Source: an uncultured archaeon (GTDB lineage Archaea; Thermoplasmatota; Penumbrarchaeia; JASLWR01). From it: a DNA stretch of 64,000 nucleotides. Below, piece after piece: positions 46,180 through 54,235 of this stretch. Positions within the stretch are counted from its first letter, which is position 1; each line of letters starts with the position of its first letter. The notes below the pieces were generated by a model. It was not told the origin of the DNA and searched no databases. It worked only from the letters and a program-made list of their open reading frames with translations. A program made the position numbers and the translations under genes. The stretch covers positions 32,001 through 96,000 of the forward strand of contig CAYFHS010000003.1 of the NCBI GenBank assembly GCA_964342815.1, read 5' to 3'.

Positions 46180-46254
46180 CGGACGCGAGGGGATTCGAAC
46201 CCCTGACACCTGGCTTAGGAGGCCAGTGCCCTATCCGGGCTAGGCTACGCGCCC
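46180..46254 (-). tRNA. tRNA-Arg (anticodon CCT)
   Basis: Cloverleaf: acceptor GGGCGCG/CGCGTCC, anticodon arm CTGGC-CTCCTAA-GCCAG, T arm AGGGG-TTCGAAT-CCCCT, discriminator G, A20 in the D loop. No intron and no full CCA. Confidence 0.95.
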
Positions 46255-46476
46255 ATTGTGAGCGAATTTTAATGAGTGAACAATGGGCAAGTAGGAAGTG
46301 AACCGTTAGGTTTACCTTCCGAACGCGCTCATTGTGAGTGAGCGAATGCGAATGAACAATGGGCAAGTCAGCCGTGCCATTGGTACGGCGCTACGCGCCC
46401 ATTATGAGTGAGCGAATCGAACGAGTAATGGGCAAGTGAGTTGCATCTTGATGCAACGCTATGCACCCATAATGAA
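46245..46476. repeat. tandem array of ~70-76-nt units, each a conserved hairpin plus a variable-sequence hairpin (3 full units and 1 partial)
   Basis: Units start at 46248, 46324, 46394 and 46462. Conserved core cgcgcYcattRtgag..cgaat..Raatgggcaagt. Confidence 0.85.
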
Positions 46477-46664
46477 GTACATGATACTTTTTTCATTCTT
46501 TAATTAATATGAAATGAGATTAGGGCAATACGAATTATTATATTAAAGTTTTAAGCAATGGTTTTATTGGTGGACTATATTGATTCATCACTGTATTTTT
46601 TTGTCAAATCTGGGAAAATCTATTTTAGACATCCCGTGATATAACCGAAAACGGAGGCTAGATC

Positions 46665-48149
46665 ATGTCAGAACAAACAGAAGAAGTTTTTCAAGCCCTT
46701 GCGGATGTCGCAGCTTTGGGTGAGCCTGAACAGCTATGGAATCACTTTTTGAATATCACAAAAATCCCCCGATGTTCGAAGAACGAGGAAAGGATCAGGG
46801 AGTCCATTGTGAAATTTGCAGGAGCTCTAATGCTCCAGTGTGAGGTGGATGCTGCCGGAAATGTTCTGGTAAAAAAACCTGCTTTCCCCGGAAAGGAGAA
46901 CTCACCGACAGTTATTCTTCAAGGGCATATCGACATGGTATGCGAAAAGAACGACGAAGTACAGCACGATTTCTCGAGTGATCCTCTAAAATTACGCGTC
47001 AAGGGCGATTACCTATATGCCACCGATACAACGCTGGGGGCCGATAATGGTATTGGCGCTGCCGCTATGCTCGCAGTAATGGAGGATACTTCCATTTCAC
47101 ATGGACCCTTGGAATTCCTTTTTACAGTTGATGAAGAGACCGGTCTCACCGGCGCGTTCCAGCTAAAGGAGGAATTTCTCGAAGGGCGCCGAATGCTCAA
47201 TCTCGATACCGAGGAAGAAGGAGCAATTTACGTGGGCTGCGCGGGAGGTGCCGACAGCAAGATATTCTTACCTCTGGAAACCGAACCCACGCCGGAGGGT
47301 ACCGGGATAAAAATCAACGTCACGGGCTTACTAGGCGGTCATTCTGGTGTTGATATACATCTCGGAAGGGCAAACTCCAATGTTCTTCTCGCGAGGAGCT
47401 TGAAGGCTTTATCAAAGCAAATCGATTTTAGACTTGTGGACATAACCGGTGGAACCAAACGCAATGCCATACCGCGTCAATCCTCGGCACTTTTACTTGT
47501 CAAGCCTTCGGAGGACATCGGCTTGCTGGAGCAGGTAGTGGAAAAAACCCTGGAGGGCTTCAGGAACGAATTCACCGTTGAGTCGAACATCGTCGTGGAA
47601 TTAAAAAGAAGCGAGATTCCAATAGAGCGGTGCCTCAATAACACCTCAACTACAAAGGTCATTGACCTTCTAATCTCTCTTCCCAACGGGGTTCAGGCAA
47701 TGTGTCAGGACATACCGGATCTGGTGGAGACCTCCACAAATCTTGCCATAATTACAATACATAACGACCGGTTCACGGTGCAAATGAATTCCAGGTCATC
47801 CGTGGAATCCGCTCTCGAGTGGGCCCTGGATCATATCGAATCAATATCGTGGTTGTCGAGAGCAAGGTTCAAGAAAGGAGGCAGCTACCCCGGCTGGAAA
47901 CCGGATATTTCATCCAGTCTATTGAAAACGTTAAAACAAGTACACAAGGATGTATTGGGTGCCGAACCGGAAATCAAGGCGATACATGCAGGATTGGAAA
48001 CGGGAATAATCGGAGAAAAATTTCCCGGGATGGATATGGTATCTCTGGGACCGCAGATTGAGCACCCGCACTCACCGGAAGAGAGAGTGAAAATATCATC
48101 CACTGCCGATTTCTGGAAGCTTCTCGTGGCCACTCTAGAAAGATTATGA
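46665..48149 (+). CDS. pepD: aminoacyl-histidine dipeptidase (peptidase M20C)
   Basis: LQGHIDMVCEK, TTLGADNGIG, VDEETGLTGA, NLDTEE, GGHSG and IHAGLE motifs. Confidence 0.95.
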   Translation: MSEQTEEVFQALADVAALGEPEQLWNHFLNITKIPRCSKNEERIRESIVKFAGALMLQCEVDAAGNVLVKKPAFPGKENSPTVILQGHIDMVCEKNDEVQHDFSSDPLKLRVKGDYLYATDTTLGADNGIGAAAMLAVMEDTSISHGPLEFLFTVDEETGLTGAFQLKEEFLEGRRMLNLDTEEEGAIYVGCAGGADSKIFLPLETEPTPEGTGIKINVTGLLGGHSGVDIHLGRANSNVLLARSLKALSKQIDFRLVDITGGTKRNAIPRQSSALLLVKPSEDIGLLEQVVEKTLEGFRNEFTVESNIVVELKRSEIPIERCLNNTSTTKVIDLLISLPNGVQAMCQDIPDLVETSTNLAIITIHNDRFTVQMNSRSSVESALEWALDHIESISWLSRARFKKGGSYPGWKPDISSSLLKTLKQVHKDVLGAEPEIKAIHAGLETGIIGEKFPGMDMVSLGPQIEHPHSPEERVKISSTADFWKLLVATLERL

Positions 48150-48156
48150 AAGAGAT

Positions 48157-48456
48157 TCATCTCCACCGTTGATAACGCCTCAAGAGGTTCAGTATAATGT
48201 CCCGGGTTTTCTCATCGAAGAGACCTTCCTCGAACTTGTCGTTTATGTAATCCTTGGCTTCAAAAAGGTTGATCCTCGAACCTTTGGAGAAAAGCGTGGC
48301 TATGAACGAGGGGACTGCCTTGGGGTCCACCTTTCCAGCTTCCAGGGTTTTTCTTAGATCATACTTGAATTCCAATTCCTTTCTGAGATTGAGCATCGGT
48401 TGTTTTTTAGATTTGGGACGCTCGAACTTTTTTTGATACGGGGGTCTTCTGTTCAA
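48157..48456 (-). CDS. hypothetical protein (99 aa)
   Basis: TTG start preceded by a GAGGT Shine-Dalgarno. Protein-like helical composition. 35 nt downstream of the M50-like gene on the same strand. Confidence 0.7.
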   Translation of the reverse strand: MNRRPPYQKKFERPKSKKQPMLNLRKELEFKYDLRKTLEAGKVDPKAVPSFIATLFSKGSRINLFEAKDYINDKFEEGLFDEKTRDIILNLLRRYQRWR

Positions 48457-48491
48457 ATTATAACCTCTTTTTTAAGCGTGGACGTTTCCTG

Positions 48492-49340
48492 TCAGCCTTT
48501 GAGTTTTCCAAGAATTGAAGTGATGATGAGTATAATTATCATTGTGATAAAGGAGAGTATTACACCAACGAAGAGTACGCCGGCTCCCAGCATTATATAT
48601 GCAGAAAAATACTTCATATAATCTGTCTGACCAATTGCAACGAGAACGATATTTATAACTAGAAAGATCAATGCGATGATCCCTGCCCCTTTCCATGCAC
48701 TCTTTAGATCGGGGGGGGAGAGAGACATATGAAGAGAAATGCAGGAAGCCACCAAAAAGAACACCCAGAACTCCCAATGTCCATAAGTACCCCATCCATC
48801 GCTCCAGAATATAACCTCAACGGTGGATTTGATAGTGTCCCAGAGCATGGTAATGTAACCCATGAAAGTTAGGTCCACCCCCGAAGCATGATTGCGAAGG
48901 GCCCCGAAAAAATCCGAACCTCCGGGAAGGAGAAGCCAGATCAACAGGGCGATAATGGTAGAGCCAAGTATGATTGGGCCGGTTCCGATGAAAAGATAGC
49001 CAATGTTATTGTATATGCTGCCCTTGCAGCTGTGTTTGACGTATCCCAGAGTATAGCCACCCGATTCGTCCCTTTCCGGTTTGAATGGTACGAACTCGTG
49101 GATCTTGTGGCCGAAGAGCAGACAGAAAATCGCATGCCCTGTCTCGTGAATCGGCGTTCCAAGCCAACCTGTCGAGAAGATCACAGCTTTGAAACTGAAT
49201 ATTCTCATCAACATCTTGTTGCTCATTTTCTCGAAGAATGCAATCAGAAAACCAACCGCTAAAAGCGGTCCGAAAAGAACGAGCATCTGTGTTATCGTCG
49301 CAATAACGACATTTAGAACGAACTCAAGTATGGCATTCAT
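48492..49340 (-). CDS. membrane metalloprotease-like protein (M50/site-2-protease-like)
   Basis: Multiple TM segments, HETGH (HExxH) next to a TM helix, GTGPII and a downstream LSPPD Asp. Confidence 0.75.
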   Translation of the reverse strand: MNAILEFVLNVVIATITQMLVLFGPLLAVGFLIAFFEKMSNKMLMRIFSFKAVIFSTGWLGTPIHETGHAIFCLLFGHKIHEFVPFKPERDESGGYTLGYVKHSCKGSIYNNIGYLFIGTGPIILGSTIIALLIWLLLPGGSDFFGALRNHASGVDLTFMGYITMLWDTIKSTVEVIFWSDGWGTYGHWEFWVFFLVASCISLHMSLSPPDLKSAWKGAGIIALIFLVINIVLVAIGQTDYMKYFSAYIMLGAGVLFVGVILSFITMIIILIITSILGKLKG

Positions 49341-49658
49341 CTGATCACTTATTAATTTTCACTGCACCTGAGTAAAGAAAATATTCCACTATTCCGACCC
49401 CAGCCGTCAATGACGGTTTATGAACGGATTGATGTTATATATAATTTCTGTGGTAAAGGAACACACGACGGCGACTGTTTTATCATGCTCCATTTGAAAT
49501 GAATCGGAACTATGTTGATAACGCAACGAAGGTGGTATCCTCGGAGGTGTATTTAAAGACAAATCCACCCAAACCCAATTTTAATTCTATTACGAAATAA
49601 TTTATAAGATGAAAACCCTCAATAGCGAAAATATTGGTTTTACACGGAGGTAGAGACA

Positions 49659-49925
49659 ATGGAGCTATGGCTGATAATTGTAATTGTAGTTGTTTTTCTA
49701 TTGCTAGTAGGTATTATCATATGGCTTTTGAAAAGGGGATCGAAAAAACAACCCCAGGAATACGAATGCCCCAAATGCGGTGCGCTGCTGCTTGGCCTTC
49801 AGGATAAATGTCCCAAATGCGGCCACAATTTTATAGAAGAAAAACACATATGCCCTCACTGCAAAAAACCTGTTGCCAAGGATGCATCCATCTGCGACGA
49901 TTGCGGTACCGAATTCCGGTTCTGA
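49659..49925 (+). CDS. small membrane-anchored double zinc-ribbon protein (88 aa)
   Basis: GGAGG upstream. N-terminal TM followed by KRGSKK. Four CxxC pairs: CPKC, CPKC, CPHC, CDDC. Confidence 0.85.
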   Translation: MELWLIIVIVVVFLLLVGIIIWLLKRGSKKQPQEYECPKCGALLLGLQDKCPKCGHNFIEEKHICPHCKKPVAKDASICDDCGTEFRF

Positions 49926-50116
49926 GTATTAGACTACCATATGAAATAAAAATATCCTGGGAAATGCTATTTCCAGGTGTTTCATAGTCTGGAAAATATA
50001 TTTTGACCACAATCGTTTCTCTTATTAAAGAGGACCTACAAGCTTCAGCAAACGCAGACCCTAAACTCATAAAAAATATTGATAATGCCAAAAAATCACT
50101 TTATCCATGACTTCGA

Positions 50117-50212
50117 GCATCTTGATGAGCCAAAGTGAGCTCATCTGACTTGCCGAGGCGTGACTCGGCAAGTGTGAGCGGGGGTGAGGCGCGAGTCAGC
50201 GGAGAAGTCAGG
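50117..50212. other. GC-rich intergenic hairpin cluster (candidate structured element)
   Basis: GATGAGC/GCTCATC stem (50124-50145) and perfect ACTTGCCGAG/CTCGGCAAGT stem (50148-50173). Shares motifs with the 46.3-kb array. Confidence 0.5.
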
Positions 50213-50390
50213 GAGGGGGCTTGGGATGGCACTTTCACCACTTTCAATAATGTTAATATCTGGCCGGCTTACACTCTCCATGGTCGCAAGTCCGTTGGGT
50301 TACTTCGTAAACGAGGCCTGCGCCCTCTACTATTTCTTCGGGAGGTATTCCTCCAGGTGAAATCCACATTTCCAAATGAGGGTGATTCAC

Positions 50391-50405
50391 AAAAAAATTT
50401 ATTAG
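50391..50405 (+). promoter_or_regulatory. BRE/TATA promoter of tRNA-Val
   Basis: A-run followed by TTTATTAG, ending 25 nt before the tRNA 5' end. Confidence 0.6.
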
Positions 50406-50430
50406 TAAAAATCCAATTCAGCCTACACAC

Positions 50431-50504
50431 GGGCCAATGGTCTAGGTGGTTATGATGTTGCCTTCACACGGCAAAGATCGCCGGTTCGAATCCGGCTTGG
50501 CCCA
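50431..50504 (+). tRNA. tRNA-Val (anticodon CAC)
   Basis: Acceptor GGGCCAA/TTGGCCC, anticodon arm TTGCC-TTCACAC-GGCAA, T arm GCCGG-TTCGAAT-CCGGC, discriminator A. Confidence 0.95.
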
Positions 50505-50518
50505 TTCTTTTATTTTTC
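50505..50518 (+). terminator. T-rich archaeal-type terminator after tRNA-Val
   Basis: TTCTTTTATTTTTC directly follows the tRNA. Confidence 0.45.
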
Positions 50519-50572
50519 ATTCCATCGATATGAGTAAGAACGGATCTGGTGTTTTTTATCGAAAACGAACTC

Positions 50573-51280
50573 ATGTCAACAAAGGAAGCTGCATTGTTCA
50601 TCCCAAAAATATACGAGCTTCTACGGGCGAGGTTCGGTCACCGCAACTGGTGGCCCGGCGACACCCGCGACGAGATAATTATAGGCGCGATCCTTACGCA
50701 GAACACGGCATGGACAAACGTGGAAAAGGCAATTAACAATTTACGGGAAGCAAATTGTTTATCCCTAAAAAACCTGGCAGGCATCCCCCGCTCGGAGTTA
50801 GAACAGATGATCCGGCCGTCCGGTTACTTCAGGCAGAAAGCTGAGAGACTGATGAATTTCTCCCGGATATTGTTGGACCATCCCGGCGGTCCGGACGCCT
50901 TTTTTCATCACTCCCAAAGTCTCGATGAAGTACGGGATCGACTTCTAAATATCAACGGCATCGGCCCAGAGACAGCAGATTCCATACTCCTATATGCCGC
51001 CTCCTTCCCATCTTTCGTGATAGATGCATATACTTTTCGAATATTTACGCGGTTGGGCCTCCATACCGGTAAGAAGGACTACCTGAAACTACAGAAACTG
51101 ATCGCCAATAACCTGGATCAGGACATAGACCTCTATGGAGACTGCCATGCGCAACTGGTCGAATTAGGAAAAAGATATTGCTGGAATCAGCAGCCTCAAT
51201 GTAGTTCATGCCCGCTAAATGAATTATGCCCGAAAACAGGAATAAGAATGAAGAAATCAGATCTTCTTTCCACCGCGTAA
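50573..51280 (+). CDS. HhH-GPD endonuclease III-like DNA glycosylase with 4Fe-4S motif
   Basis: GAILTQNTAW.NV..AI, IRPSGYFRQKA, LLNINGIGPETADSILLYA and C-x6-C-x2-C-x5-C. Overlaps the convergent PHP gene by 24 nt. Confidence 0.9.
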   Translation: MSTKEAALFIPKIYELLRARFGHRNWWPGDTRDEIIIGAILTQNTAWTNVEKAINNLREANCLSLKNLAGIPRSELEQMIRPSGYFRQKAERLMNFSRILLDHPGGPDAFFHHSQSLDEVRDRLLNINGIGPETADSILLYAASFPSFVIDAYTFRIFTRLGLHTGKKDYLKLQKLIANNLDQDIDLYGDCHAQLVELGKRYCWNQQPQCSSCPLNELCPKTGIRMKKSDLLSTA

Positions 51281-51922
51281 AAGCCATTTTACAAATATTT
51301 TCAAAACCAGACCGAGCTCCTTGTAATAAGGAAGTGAATGTCCTGCGGGAACAGATCTCTTCTGCCTAATATGCTGTTGTATATCATAAACGCCAAGTGA
51401 TGTTCCTTCGAAAACGGTATAGGCAGCACCGATATCTTTTGGTTTATGGGAATCGGAACCGCCAATAATACCCAGATTTAGCTCGTGCGCCAACTTATTT
51501 GCGCCACGGTTCTTGTGCGGGACGGTTGCACCGTTCAGGGCTTCGATTCCTGAGACATCAAGAGTTCTCACAATCTTGGAACTGATGCCGGAAGGGATAC
51601 GGTCCGGGTGAGCCACCACAGCAAAACCCCCCTGCCTTTTTATCTCCTTTACGATCTCTTTGGGTTCCCGCTCCCGCTCGATCTTCTCTTTAATATTGTA
51701 AGCAAGTATATGGCCGCAAGTGGTGGATATCTCCTCGCCCACGATTACCAGAAAATCCATATCTTTCGAATATTCCTTCGCCTCGAGAGCCCCCTCAATC
51801 TCGTTGTGATCAGTAATGGCTATCCCGGACAATCCCTTTAGTTTTGCAATTTCAACGAATTCACGGGGTTCCCCTTTTCCGTCCAACGAATATTTCGTAT
51901 GCACGTGCATGTCGATTTTCAT
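51257..51922 (-). CDS. PHP domain phosphoesterase
   Basis: IDMHVHT.YS.DG, AITDHN, GEEI...GH, AHP and GGSDSH motifs. Confidence 0.9.
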   Translation of the reverse strand: MKIDMHVHTKYSLDGKGEPREFVEIAKLKGLSGIAITDHNEIEGALEAKEYSKDMDFLVIVGEEISTTCGHILAYNIKEKIEREREPKEIVKEIKRQGGFAVVAHPDRIPSGISSKIVRTLDVSGIEALNGATVPHKNRGANKLAHELNLGIIGGSDSHKPKDIGAAYTVFEGTSLGVYDIQQHIRQKRSVPAGHSLPYYKELGLVLKIFVKWLLRGGKKI

Positions 51923-52002
51923 GGGATCATCTTTGGAAAGCTAACTTAAGTCTATAGACGAGAGCGCTGGCCAACCCTTGACGACGAGTTTTTCCGGAGG
52001 AT

Positions 52003-54048
52003 TCAGTACACACGCGAACCAGCATCAAGCTCTTTCTCCGGAACTACCAGAGAGACTCTCCCTTCACCATCCTCTCCAGCCAGGAGCATGGCCTCTGAAC
52101 GGACTCCGCGTATCTCCGTCGGTTCCAGGTTCACTACCACCACGATATTCTTTCCCACAATATCATCAGCGGAATAATGTTTTTTCAAACCTGCCACCAT
52201 GGTTATCGGCTCATCCTGACCGATATCCACTTTCAATATGAATAGGTTCTTCGAGTCCGGGTGATCCTTTGCTGAAACGATCCTTGCTATTCTCAAGTCC
52301 ATTGCCTTAAAGTGATCGAAGGATATTTTCTTCTTTATTGGAAAGATCTTTTTGCTGAGCTTGTCCTGGGCGCCAGCCAGTTTCTCCTGTTCCAGCACGC
52401 GCTTGAGGTCCAGTTTCTTAAACATGGGCATCGGTTTTTCCACCCTATGGCCCACGGCAATATCTGAATAAACCGACTGCCAGTCCCGTTGGGCCACTTC
52501 ACCGACGTTCCCCAGCATCTTGTAAAGATTCTGAGCGGTAAAAGGCATGAACGGTGCCATCATGAAGGATAGGGAATTGGTCAGATGCAGCATATTATGT
52601 ATAGTGTTCTGGGTGGTGCCCCGGTCCTCCTTTATAGTCTTCCACGGCTCTTTCTTCGTTATATACTCATTCCCCTTTCTTGCCAGAGCCATAAGGGCCT
52701 TCATGGCCTTCTGGAACTTGCACTTGTCTATGTTATCGCCCACTTCATCCCTGGCATTTTCTATTGAATCCTGTAGGTCTCTGTCATCCCCGTCCGGTAT
52801 GTAATCCTCGGTCAATGGTGGAATTTCACCAAAATGCTTCGAGGTCAGGACCAGAACGCGGTGTATCATGTTGCCCAGAGTTGCGATGAGGTCTTCGTTC
52901 ACGGTCCTTACGAAATTCTTCCATGTGAAATCGGTATCCTTGTGCTCCGGCATGTTTATGGTTAGATAATACCTCATGAGATCTGGAGGGTACCTTTCCA
53001 GATAACTAGGTATCCACACTGCGTGGTTTCTGGATTTCGAGAACTGCTCGTTGTTCAACATCAGGTACTGGTTTGAGGGGACGTCATAGGGTAGATTGAT
53101 CTCCGGATCATACCCCGCCAGCATCGCCGGGAAAATTAAAGTATGGAACGGAATATTGTCTTTTGCGAGGAAATAGTATATCCGGGCGTCCCGATCATAC
53201 CAGAAATCCTTCCACATTTCGGGTTTTCCCAGGCTTGCGCACACCTGCTTGGTGCATGACAGATAACCTATAACCGCTTCGAACCAGACGTAAATGCACT
53301 TCTTGTCAAAACCCTCGAGAGGGATTGGCACCCCCCATTTCAGGTCACGGGTGATTGCACGATCCTCCAATCCCTCTTCGAGCCATCCCTTGGTAAGCCC
53401 GATAACCGAGGAGCGCCAGTGTTTTTTCCCTTCCAGCATGTTCCATAACGGCCCCTCTAGATGTGTCAAGCGAAGATAGAACTGCTCGGTCTCTTTTTGC
53501 TTGGGCGTAGTGCCGCAGAGCTTACACCGGGGTTCAACCAGTTCATCAGCATCCAATGTCTTCCCGCACCCGTCACACTGGTCACCCCGTGCGTCAGTGT
53601 AAGAGCAATTCGGACAGGTTCCCTCGATGTAGCGATCCGGCAAGAACCTGTCGCATTTAGGGCAGTACGGAGCAAGCAGCCTGCGTTTGTAGATGTAGTT
53701 CTTCTCATGTAACTTCAGGAAAATATCATGCACAACCTCAAAATGATCCGGATTGTGAGTTTTCGAGAACATATCGTAGGAAATGCCCATCTTCGCCAAG
53801 GATTCGGAATTCAGCGCGTGATATCGATCCGCCACCTCTTCAGGGGTGATCCCTTCTGCTTCGGCGCTAACCGTGATGGGGGTGCCGTGTTGATCGGAGC
53901 CGGAAACCATCAGAACGTTTTCCCCTGCCATTCTTTGATATCGTGCGAATATATCTCCAGGTAAAAAACAGCCTGCAAAATGACCGAGATGAAGCGGCCC
54001 GTTGGCATAGGGCCAGGCAGTACATACAAGAACATTTCTCATTTTCAA
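52003..54048 (-). CDS. metG: methionine--tRNA ligase with C-terminal tRNA-binding domain
   Basis: AWPYANGPLHLGH, zinc knuckles, YVWFEAVIGY, KDNIPFH, QFSKS and a C-terminal OB-fold (DLRIARI...EAMLLA). Confidence 0.96.
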   Translation of the reverse strand: MKMRNVLVCTAWPYANGPLHLGHFAGCFLPGDIFARYQRMAGENVLMVSGSDQHGTPITVSAEAEGITPEEVADRYHALNSESLAKMGISYDMFSKTHNPDHFEVVHDIFLKLHEKNYIYKRRLLAPYCPKCDRFLPDRYIEGTCPNCSYTDARGDQCDGCGKTLDADELVEPRCKLCGTTPKQKETEQFYLRLTHLEGPLWNMLEGKKHWRSSVIGLTKGWLEEGLEDRAITRDLKWGVPIPLEGFDKKCIYVWFEAVIGYLSCTKQVCASLGKPEMWKDFWYDRDARIYYFLAKDNIPFHTLIFPAMLAGYDPEINLPYDVPSNQYLMLNNEQFSKSRNHAVWIPSYLERYPPDLMRYYLTINMPEHKDTDFTWKNFVRTVNEDLIATLGNMIHRVLVLTSKHFGEIPPLTEDYIPDGDDRDLQDSIENARDEVGDNIDKCKFQKAMKALMALARKGNEYITKKEPWKTIKEDRGTTQNTIHNMLHLTNSLSFMMAPFMPFTAQNLYKMLGNVGEVAQRDWQSVYSDIAVGHRVEKPMPMFKKLDLKRVLEQEKLAGAQDKLSKKIFPIKKKISFDHFKAMDLRIARIVSAKDHPDSKNLFILKVDIGQDEPITMVAGLKKHYSADDIVGKNIVVVVNLEPTEIRGVRSEAMLLAGEDGEGRVSLVVPEKELDAGSRVY

Positions 54049-54235
54049 TCACTCCATTTCGGTCCCCTTAATAGTCAAATACTATCGGAGAGAACCATTC
54101 AGCGGGATATATCAATTTCATTAATTAGATTTTCCCCGTTGAGTGAAGGATGCATATAATAGAAATATTTCCCATCGACGAAGAATTTCAATACAAATTC
54201 CCTCAAATGAATAACATCACCGTTTCAGACGAAAT

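Noticed and set aside
46245-46476. Hairpin array as a CRISPR array
   Set aside because: The conserved parts are ~45 nt and degenerate, the intervening segments are short and themselves palindromic, there are only 3-4 units, and no cas genes are in the window.
46180-50504. Integrative element or prophage bounded by the two tRNAs
   Set aside because: The interval holds pepD and other chromosomal-type genes, with no integrase and no duplicated tRNA 3' end (att site).
46180-50504. Intron-containing or split tRNAs, given endA in the window
   Set aside because: Both tRNAs fold as complete 74-75-nt cloverleaves with no bulge-helix-bulge insertion.
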